Assembly (NCBI GenBank): GCA_043228905.1
Contig: JBHGNT010000999.1
Location: 1-13,069, forward strand
Length of the DNA stretch: 13,069 bases
Direction: 5' to 3'
DNA from: Azolla caroliniana
Taxonomy: Eukaryota > Plantae > Polypodiophyta
The notes beneath the pieces were generated by a model. The model saw nothing but the letters and a program-made list of their open reading frames with translations, was not told the DNA's origin and ran no database searches. Positions 1 to 7,554 of the stretch are shown one piece after another. The position numbers and the translations under genes were made by a program. Numbering within the stretch: position 1 is the stretch's first letter; every line of letters starts with the position of its first letter.

Positions 1-1
1 A

Positions 2-397
2 TTCATTTATTGACATCTTACCTTTCTCCAAGGTATTTAGCTCAGTCTTTAACTGGAGCTTTCTAGCCTTTGTGTTCACAGCAAACAGTTTTACCAAGTT
101 GTCCCAAGCTTCTTTTGGGAGCATAGCATCTTGTATATGCCCAAGCATTGAATCTGAGATGCTGAGTGATAGCCAATGCATTACTTTCCTTGCCCCTTGA
201 TTCCAATCTTTAAATGCCTTAATATGTGCAGCTGTTGCATTCTCTTCTGGGATCTCTGGAGCCTCTTCTAGGTCTCCTTCAATGTAATCCCAGTATCCTT
301 TCCCCATCAGAAAGTTTGTCATTCTGAATTTCCACGCCGGGAAATTGTTTTTATCTAATTTCTCTGTGACCATTTGGCCTACATTCTCTGCAGCCAT
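2..397 (-). CDS. Ty1/copia gag(-pol) N-terminus, open to the window edge
   Basis: Manual translation from the ATG at 397: MAAENVGQMVTEKLDKNNFPAWKFRMTNFLMGKGYWDYIEG...WNQGARKVMHWLSLSISDSMLGHIQDAMLPKEAWDNLVKLFAVNTKARKLQLKTELNTLEKGKMSINE. 132 codons with no stop. It fits the copia gag pattern (L-x2-NF-x2-W-x2-M, AK(E)AW-x2-L, L-x2-EL-x-TL). It is missing from the ORF track because it runs off the window. Confidence 0.93.
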   Translation of the reverse strand, partial: MAAENVGQMVTEKLDKNNFPAWKFRMTNFLMGKGYWDYIEGDLEEAPEIPEENATAAHIKAFKDWNQGARKVMHWLSLSISDSMLGHIQDAMLPKEAWDNLVKLFAVNTKARKLQLKTELNTLEKGKMSINE

Positions 398-529
398 TTT
401 TTTCCTTCCAAAAAACCAGGGTTTTGCTTTAGTTACTTCAACAAGTAACTTTCTGATTTCTGATCAGCAACCAGAGAAATAACTTTCTCAGATTAAGGCA
501 CTGCTATACTCTTCCTTACGAGCTACTCT

Positions 530-541
530 GCTCTGATACCA
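530..541 (-). promoter_or_regulatory. Primer binding site complementary to tRNA-iMet
   Basis: Minus strand reads TGGTATCAGAGC immediately after the LTR-terminal CA, the canonical plant iMet PBS. Confidence 0.95.
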
Positions 542-1004
542 TGTTAAGAAAACGTGAAGAAGGCACTCGGGCTCTTCTTATGTGTGCGCGGCGGATCGTA
601 GTGTGCTGGATCGTTAGCGTGCTCTAAACAGACAGAGAAAGGAAAGGGGACTTACCTCTGTAGTAGCAAAATGGTTTTCTTCTATTACATGTAGAGCTCA
701 ACTTGCTCTCGTCAGTCTTCTGGTCTCTCACTCTCTCTCAGAGTTCTCTACTCACTGTATGTCTTCTTACTGCTTACTTCCTATTCACTCTCACTTACTT
801 TTACCTAAGTCATAAGTTATTACACATGCAGCTAATTAGCTGCCAGTAGCTAATTAGCTGTCAGTCGCTAAATAGCTGTTCACTAGCTAATTAGCTGTCA
901 CTAGCTAAATAGCTGTTTTACCTTTTTGTTCACTAGTAGCTAAATAGCTACTGTAGCTTATTTCTCATAAGCATCGCATACCATGTTGAGCTTGCTTCTC
1001 AACA
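542..1004 (-). mobile_element. 5' LTR (463 bp) of the copia element
   Basis: TG...CA ends with an 8/9 terminal inverted repeat (TGTTAAGAA at 542, TTCTCAACA ending 1004). It abuts the PBS. The flanking GAAAG (1005-1009) is the predicted TSD. Confidence 0.88.
828..949. repeat. Six copies of palindromic AGCTAA(T/A)TAGCT in U3 of the copia LTR
   Basis: Copies at about 830, 848, 868, 885, 903 and 938. 828-843 is the perfect 16-bp palindrome GCAGCTAATTAGCTGC. Confidence 0.9.
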
Positions 1005-1092
1005 GAAAGGAGCCGAATCTAGAAGGGCAACAAGAGAGTCAAAAATCGGCATGACTAAACAAACTGAAACGGCAAAGTCGAAAAGGGATCAT

Positions 1093-1306
1093 TGGTAACT
1101 CACCAATCATGTAAAATTTGTGAAAGTAGAGCAATTTGTTCAGTTTGACCCTTGAGCTTAGGAGGTTTCAAAGAACATATGGAGGGATATAAAGAAGCGG
1201 GGGGACAAATATCATTCATAAGAAAATAATTCTGCAAAGGCTTTACAACTTGAGATCAAGAAAGGATGGTAATTCCTAATAGCATGTGTGGCATAATATG
1301 GACAAA
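1093..1306 (+). repeat. Diverged direct repeat, copy 1 (partner 11700-11904)
   Basis: Shares TGGTAACTCACCAATCATG, GCAATTTGTTCAGTTTGACCCTTGAG, GGTTTCAAAGAACA, GGGATATAAAGAA, GAAAATAATT and TAATATGGACAAA, in the same order, with the region downstream of the UGT. Confidence 0.85.
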
Positions 1307-1973
1307 TGATTGTACACTATATTGAGAATAGAAAGATAAATAACATATTTCCATTAATACCAAGGTCAATCTTTAAATAAATAAATAAATATATCAATGG
1401 TTGTATATTATTGATTCTATGTGATAACCAAGATGTTTATAACGGGAGATACCTTGATGCCAGCTATTCCTACTAGGTTCTCACTAGCTCTTTGGCTATA
1501 TTTGCATCCTAAATGGAAATCAAGTCTTTTCCTAGGGGTTTAGATGTGGAATCTCTCTCCAACCACTATGTTTTTAATACTTTTCAGGGTGAGTACCGAT
1601 AGCTTGGGAATTTCATTTGATTGATGCAACTATTCCAAAATATTTGTGTAAACATTTTAGGTGGGACAAGATCTTTACTGTTAGTATGTAGTTTTGGGTT
1701 GGTTCTTGGGCTAGTTGAGTGGCTCGCACAATACCCCAACTCTAGATGTTCTATAATCTGAGGGGAATTACTGAAAGTGAAGATTGGGTTGCCGGATTCA
1801 CTGGTGGTGAGGTTCGCGATTCCAGGGATGAATGTTGGGTGAGCACGGAGTCAGCCGTGTCCTCGGCAAGCTCTGTGCAACGAGACGGTGGCCGAAAGTG
1901 AGCACTTCTGTTGGGCACTGTACTGGCGACTAGGATTACCACCACGTGAGTTCGATGTGCTACACAGCGTGAA

Positions 1974-1985
1974 CAGGGTGTGCCA
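1974..1985 (-). promoter_or_regulatory. Probable PBS, tRNA-Arg-like (TGGCACACCCTG)
   Basis: Lies 3 nt inside an ...ACACA end on the minus strand. It resembles the TGGCAC(A/G)CCCAG Arg PBS of Tat-type gypsy elements (recalled from memory, not aligned). Confidence 0.6.
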
Positions 1986-1988
1986 AAT

Positions 1989-2478
1989 TGTGTTACCTTC
2001 CTAACTAGAGGTGACACCTTCGACTTCTAATCAAAGTCGGATCAAAGGATTGTGGTACGGGGTGGTCGGAATGATACTCGCCATAGAGTATCCACATGTT
2101 ACGTAAGGGAGGATTCCTCCCCTTAAGTGCTAATATGTGGGGGTGATTCACCACGGGAATTCACAAGGAGTAGTCACACGTAACACGACACGATACATAC
2201 AAGAACACAAAGTAGACCCAACACTATATGTATTACGAAATGAGATACTGATTACAATCACATGGCTAACTGCTGGAATGGATCCAATACCCTGGATTAA
2301 TTACGTAGTATACTTAGATCTTTTTCCTCTTCTTTTCTATATCTCTTTCTTTGCTCCTTATATAGGTGTTCTTTGGTGCGCTCCTTCTCCTTCCACGTTT
2401 ACGGTTGTGTGTATTTCGGCTGATTCTGGTTGTTTACCTATTGCTACCTAATTCCTATTACGATTCTTATTCTTTACA
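1989..2478 (-). mobile_element. Probable 5' LTR (about 490 bp) of a Ty3/gypsy non-chromovirus (Tat-like) element, followed by a GC-richer leader remnant to about 1750
   Basis: Minus strand starts TGTAAAG (2478) and ends ACA (1989 or 1991). It has a TATATAAGG box near 2363, several short hairpins in U5 and an adjacent PBS-like site. No second LTR or coding region remains. Confidence 0.62.
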
Positions 2479-2497
2479 ATTTGGCCCATGGACAACA

Positions 2498-4985
2498 CCA
2501 AATAGCCTCTTTGGCCACCTCTAAGGCAACTATGATACCTGACCTCAATGTGTTTCATCTTCGTGTGATATACTGAATTCCGAATGAGATGGATTGTGCT
2601 CTGTGAGTCGCGATACAAAGTTGGCGTTGGATGGTTAGTTCAGCGCTTGGCCGAAAAATCGACCGATAGTCGTTGCAACTAGATAACCTCTTTGGCTGCC
2701 TTTGATGTGGCTATGTATTCGGCCTTTGTTGTGGACAGTGTCATGCATTCTTGCAGTTTCCACCTCCATGAGATGGCTCAGCCTCCATAGGTGAAAATAT
2801 ATCCTAGCGTAGATTTTTTATTGTCAAGGTTGCCAACATAATCAGAATTTGTGAAGTCAGTTGTAAAATCTCGGTGCCTCAAAGGTACCAGAATATGTGT
2901 TTTACAACTTGCTATTGGCTCTTTCCGGGATTAGACATGTATCGACCATCGTGTGCAATATATGCAACATATGCAATATTTGGTTGAGTGACCATAATCG
3001 TGTACATGAGACTTCCTATGGTTGATGCGTAGGGAATTCGGTTCTTGAGCTCGCTCTCTTCCTCTGTGGAAGGAGAATCCCTATCCAATAGTTAGATCGA
3101 CATTAGGAGAGGTGTTGGTGTCGGCTTCAAATTCTCCATGTTGAAGCGCTTCAACACCTTCTATAAGTAGTCGGATTGGGAGAGCCAGAGGATCATTTTT
3201 GTTTGATTTCGCTCTATCCTCATGCCCAATATGTGTCAGGCCTCTCTGAGTTCCTTTGACATCGAGAATTTCTCGTGAAGTTGACATTTTAGCTTCCCGA
3301 TTTCTGCTTTATCGCTACCACCAATAAGCATGGCGTTGACGTATACGATCATGTAGATCTAGGACTCATTTGCCAATTACCGAATGTACAAACATGGGTC
3401 TAAGTCAAATCGGCTATAGCCAAGCTACTGGATGAAGAAGTTGAACTTCTAGTACCACATCCTTGCCACTTGTTTTAAGCCATATAGGCTTTTCTTCAGT
3501 CTACAAACGAGGTGCAGTTTCTCCCCCATTGTTGTGAAGCCTATTGGTTGGACATGTAGATATCCTCTTCCAAATCTCAATGGAGGAACGTTGTCTTCAT
3601 GTCCAGCTGCTCTAGCTCAAGTTCTTTCGTCGCTACGACCCCAAGAAGGAGCCAAAGGGTTCTCATCTTCACTACCAGATAACAAACCTCACCGTAGTCG
3701 ACCATGTTCCAACTTGAAACCTTTCACAATGAACTAAGCAGTGTACTTGGGTTTGTCCGAACCATACACATATTTGTACCTAAAAACCCATTTGCAGAAT
3801 AGCGGCTTCCTTTTGGCTGGTAGTTCAACCAATTCCCATGTGCTGTTTTCCTTTATTGGGTCCATTTCGGATCACATGGCTTGGTGCCATGTTTCAACAT
3901 CTAGCACAATTATTGCTTCTTCATGAGATTAAGGTTCGCAAGTGTCTGTGTAGTCCAAGTACAGTTAATAAAACTCTGTCCGCCTTAAGACTTGTTTGAA
4001 TCTCTTTGGTGCCGATTTTGTGGGTTCGGATTCTTCGATTAGCACAAATGTCAGATAGACATGTTGTGAACCTCTATGTGAAGGAGATCATTAAGGGGAT
4101 CTGTTGTAGCATTAATCTTGTGTTGATGTCAAATCTCCTCTACCCCTACCTTGAGAGTATTCGACCAGTAAGTTTGTGTCTTGGCCGGCTCGGATTGGCC
4201 ATGTGACATCCTGGCCGATTTGGCTCTGGTAGCCGATTTGATCTTGGTCGATTTTCTAGCCGATGAAGTTTCAACTGTTGGACCATTTTATGTTGGATCC
4301 CTTACTCGAATAGGTACTTAGCGAAGGCTTTGGAGGTGTATTCTCTTCCATCGTCTTACCTTAGCGTCTTCACTTTATAGCCAGACAGGTTTCAATTTCG
4401 GCTAGCCACCGAGTGAAATCCTCTAGTGCTTTGTTTTTTTAACTTAATTGAGTAAAGCCCAAACCTTCTGTATACAATCATCAAGAAATGTGATGAAGTA
4501 TTGAGAGCCGCCTAGAGATCTCCCAACCATTAGCCTATAGATGTCAATGTGGATCAACTCCAAGGGCTTACGTACCATCTCTTAATAAATTGAGTGTGGA
4601 CTTGTAGTCTGTTTCTCGTATTAGCAATGATTGCAAGAGTCTGTTTCAGCTTAACGGACTTTCGGTATGTAGCCAATTGCCGATAGTCGTTCTAATCCGG
4701 CTTATGACATGGGGCCAAGTCGATCATGTCATAACGTAGTTGTCGGCATTTCAGCTACATCGAGTGATCCCCTCAAAATTATCACTATAGGCGGGTACAA
4801 ATTATTGTACTTGCCGCTATGACCGATTTTGAGATTTCCTCTAGTGATCTCCTATGACAACTTGCTTAGTGTCATCTTGTACCCATCTTCAGCTAGCATG
4901 CTGATGGAGACGAGACTCCTTTTGAGCTCGGGTATGTGCCGAACCTTGCTCAGGTTCAGTTACCCACTTTTATAGTTCGGTTAAC
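2498..4985 (-). mobile_element. Degenerate Ty1/copia pol (pre-integrase, integrase, RT, RNase H) with many stops and frameshifts
   Basis: Minus-strand motifs in copia order: VRHIPELKRSLVSIS (~4940), HDRLGPMS (~4720), SLGGSQYFITFLDDC (~4490), VKTLR*DDGREYTS (~4350), WHQAM*SEM...TWELVELP..RKPLFCKWVF (3780-3890), VCRLKKSLYGLKQ (~3490), VYVNAMLI (YVDD site, ~3340), PYASTIGSLMY (~3020), SDYVGNLDNKKSTLGYIF...AISW (2770-2850), LYRDSQSTIHLIRNSVYHTKMKHIEVRYH (2533-2620). Confidence 0.95.
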
Positions 4986-5081
4986 CGAGCCCTAAGTGTG
5001 TTTACACTAAGAATACAATTTGGGTAGAGTGGGACTTTTATCCCAAACACTCTTAAATCAGCCTTACCTTTTGAAGTTACA

Positions 5082-5302
5082 AAAACTATTTATGGGATGG
5101 ATACACAGAATCATGGAATAAAATGATGATGATAAATGGCTTTGGAGGATTATGTTTCGAATGAGTGGATGAACCTTTCTATGTTAGTATATGATGTGCC
5201 ACCACATTGTGTAGCCCTCTCTACAGCTGTTTTAAACTTTTGAGCTCTGCTTCTCATTTCACTGCCTTCATCGTCATGAAAGAACAAATTCACAGCCCTC
5301 TC
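5082..5302 (-). pseudogene. Inverted 3'-terminal fragment of a UGT paralog (last 50 codons, stop and ~70 nt of 3' flank)
   Basis: 5150-5302 matches 11313-11465 at 142/153 nt (40/50 aa) by hand alignment. Similarity continues into the 3' flank (CCATCCC..ATAGTTTT; 11466-11538). Confidence 0.95.
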
Positions 5303-5742
5303 CTTTGTGGGTTTCCTTTTATGCTTGGGCAACTTCTAAAGTACCTTTGGTCAAGATTTTTGAACCCTAATCTCTTCAACCTCTTTTAGAAGAAGAAAAA
5401 AAAGTGCTCCTGCTCAATCGCTTCTCTTTTTGAGCTACATTCAGTGGCGCATTGGGGCATTTGCACATGTGATGAGGAAATATGAAAGACTAAGAATGAA
5501 TCTCAAAATATGAGAATGGTTGTAAAATGCGGAATAATCCTCCTTATATAGGCCAAATATGGCCATTTGGACTGGTTGTTGGGGTGGATAGCCATTGGTT
5601 GGTCCCCTTCGGAATAAGCTGTCCCAAACCAATGTATGGCTTCTTTGGGACTGGGACTTGGCCCCCTTGGTGACGAGTCCCAGTTCAAATTGAGACTATG
5701 TCCCGGTTGGCACAACCTAGGGACAACACATTGGTTTCTAAG

Positions 5743-5862
5743 AGACCCAAGTCTTCCGACCAACTTCACATGCACAAATGTTCTTTTAATATATGATTTT
5801 CTATTTGGTTGGAATTTTAGGTGCTCAACTCCTCCCATACTTGTAAGATTAATACAAATATT
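5743..5862 (-). repeat. Inverted copy of the UGT upstream region 8952-9077
   Basis: The reverse complement shares AAGTATGGGAG.AGTTGAGCA, AAAATTCCAA, AATCATATATTAAAAGAACA and AGTTGGT..AAGACTTGGGTCT with 8952-9077. Confidence 0.9.
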
Positions 5863-6110
5863 TTATAATCGAATCTCAGACAAAGTAGGGGAGTGTGACA
5901 CAATCAGTGGGAGGGATGGTTGGGGTTGTATGACCAGGCGTGTTGTGGAAGTGAATGAGGTGGAACCCAAGTTTGGCGCTCTTCCTGGCGAAATACGAAA
6001 AGACGATTGTCACAATGGACTGCTTGTGAAATAGCTTGGGATACCGAGGTGGGCTCCAAAAAGTTTAAGAGAAGATTCTTGACTGTCATGATGACACTTA
6101 CATGCAATTT

Positions 6111-6168
6111 AGGTTTACAAGGAATCGAACCCACAACCTTGTTATATTCGCATCTAGTTCTTGACCAT
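6111..6168 (-). mobile_element. tRNA-derived SINE-like head fragment
   Basis: Minus strand reads ATGGTCAAG...AGGTTGTGGGTTCGATTCC: a B-box consensus with a D-loop-like remnant. Its 5' end is cut by the LTR at 6169. No full cloverleaf. Confidence 0.5.
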
Positions 6169-6490
6169 TGTAATGATATATTTATTTGTAAAAGAATTGA
6201 TAAACTATATGAAATACTATAGAGTAATCTAGAGTACTCTATGTTCTAGAATATTCTAGAGTGCTCTTTTGTCTAGGAAATTCTAGAATATTCTAGCATG
6301 GTCTTTATTCTAGGAAGTTCTAGAATATTCTAGCATGGTCTTTATTCTAGGACTTTCTAGAATATCCTATTAAAACTTATAAATATGCATACTACCTTAA
6401 GGGATGAACCAATTTGGTTCAACACCATTCTTGAGCTCCCTTGTTTACTCGTTGTATTCCACTCTTCTATTGCAATACATTATCTTTACA
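6169..6490 (+). mobile_element. Orphan LTR (322 bp)
   Basis: TGTAATGATA...TATCTTTACA is a 9/10 terminal inverted repeat. TATAAATA lies at 6378, after a U3 tandem array. The flanks ACCAT and ATACT do not form a TSD, and there is no PBS or PPT. Confidence 0.8.
6244..6369. repeat. 37-bp tandem repeat (about 3.4 copies) with the palindrome CTAGAATATTCTAG
   Basis: Units start at 6244, 6281, 6318 and 6355. 6245-6260 is the perfect palindrome TCTAGAATATTCTAGA. Confidence 0.92.
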
Positions 6491-6493
6491 ATA

Positions 6494-6519
6494 CTCTCTC
6501 TCTCTCTCTCTCTCTCTCT
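6494..6519. repeat. (CT)13 microsatellite at the gag truncation point
   Basis: Direct observation. It produces the spurious ERERER tail of the ORF. Confidence 0.95.
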
Positions 6520-7145
6520 TGACAGACATTGCTTTGAAGGCCGCGCCGAAAGTGATCAACTAAAGCTTGATCATCCCAATTGATGTCGCATGCTAGTTGT
6601 CGAAATTCTGAAACATAGACTGAAGTTGCACGTGAACCTTGTTCGAGTGCATAAATCTTGTTAAGAGTTGTACGTCGTCGATCCGTCTCTTCAAATGTGG
6701 CCTCTAACTCGGCGAGGAAGGTGGGAAAGTCCTCCAATAGAGGTGACGAGGTTTCTACCAATGGTGCAAACCAAGCTTGGGCCGGACCGGAGAGAAGGGT
6801 GCCCACAAGGCCGACTTGTCGCAAACCATCTCCATAACGTTGAGGTTGTAGTTGAATGATAAGTCGAACTTGGTTGATGAACCCTCGGAAACGCAACCTC
6901 GTTCCATCAAAATTTTCTGGGATGCTAACCTTAGGCTCAAGAAAATGCAACGAAGCTAGGCTAGATGTTGGTAGAAGATCGGGCTCTAGGTTAGGTTGTT
7001 GTGGGAGATTAGGCTTCGGGGGTTGTGAGGATAGGGAGGCACCGACTTGAAGTTCTTGTAAAGAATTCCAAAGAGCTTCATTTTCAAGCTGGAGTTGTCG
7101 TAAGGCTACCATTATTTGGCCTAACTCACTAGTTGAGTCGGACAT
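6520..7145 (-). CDS. Truncated Ty3/gypsy chromovirus-type Gag (Tcn1/Tf/sushi-like capsid, PEG10/RTL-like)
   Basis: EPKVSIPENFDGTR..FRGFINQVRLIIQLQP, LLSGPAQAW, F..F...L..TF, and LEQGSRATSVYVSEFRQLACDINWDDQALVDHFRRGL (major homology region). It is open for about 207 codons and then broken at the (GA)n. Confidence 0.92.
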
Positions 7146-7182
7146 AACTATGGCTTATGAGAGGGAGAGCTATGAGGATGGG

Positions 7183-7193
7183 AAGGTGAACAA
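7183..7193 (-). promoter_or_regulatory. Putative self-priming PBS (TTGTTCACCTT)
   Basis: Lies 2 nt downstream of the LTR end and does not start with TGG. It is exactly complementary to AAGGTGAACAA at 7294-7284 inside the LTR. Confidence 0.8.
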
Positions 7194-7195
7194 AC

Positions 7196-7545
7196 TGTCA
7201 CGGATAGATCATAAGCTCAAGAGACAAGAAAGAAGATAGACAAATGGACGAGTAGTATTAACGGAAAGACTCCATAACTGGTGTTGTTCACCTTGAATTC
7301 CTTCGAGGTGAACTCCTCTATTTATACTACATGGCATGCATACTTGTTGCATGCATGTGAATCTACAATAGAGCATGTAGGTATGCATGAATGTGCCAAG
7401 TGTAAATACTACAAGGGAGCAACTATGCACATGATGCTAGCAAAACAATAAGGACCAATTACATACATAACTGTGTACTAGATATATTGATTAACCCATG
7501 ATACTAGATTATAACATGGTCGTGTCGAGAGTTCGAATCTTGACA
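7196..7545 (-). mobile_element. 5' LTR (about 350 bp) of the chromovirus-type element
   Basis: TGTCA...TGACA terminal inverted repeat (alternative outer end at 7516, ATAACA). Minus-strand TATAAATA at 7326-7319. U3 is rich in ATGCAT/CATG. A 50-nt leader separates it from the gag ATG. Confidence 0.8.
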
Positions 7546-7554
7546 TGATCACTT

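Noticed and set aside
1720-2478. Complete TRIM (LTR-PBS-PPT-LTR)
   Set aside because: A PPT-like AGAGTTGGGG lies near 1740 on the minus strand, but the sequence after it does not match the 2478 LTR start.
542-2478. Either LTR serving as the 3' LTR of the degenerate copia pol
   Set aside because: Both LTRs are followed by a PBS, so they are 5' LTRs. They are dissimilar to each other, and no PPT precedes them.
3081-4206. Short ORFs at 3081, 3534, 3741 and 4006
   Set aside because: They are off-frame or antisense readings of the degenerate copia pol.
5150-5332. 60-aa ORF as a real microprotein
   Set aside because: It starts at TTG, and the first 10 codons are unrelated filler fused to the UGT tail.
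6111-6168. Functional tRNA gene
   Set aside because: Only a B-box and a partial D-arm are present, with no acceptor or anticodon stems.
6486-7145. Domesticated PEG10/RTL-like host gene
   Set aside because: It still has its LTR and PBS, and it ends by truncation in a microsatellite.
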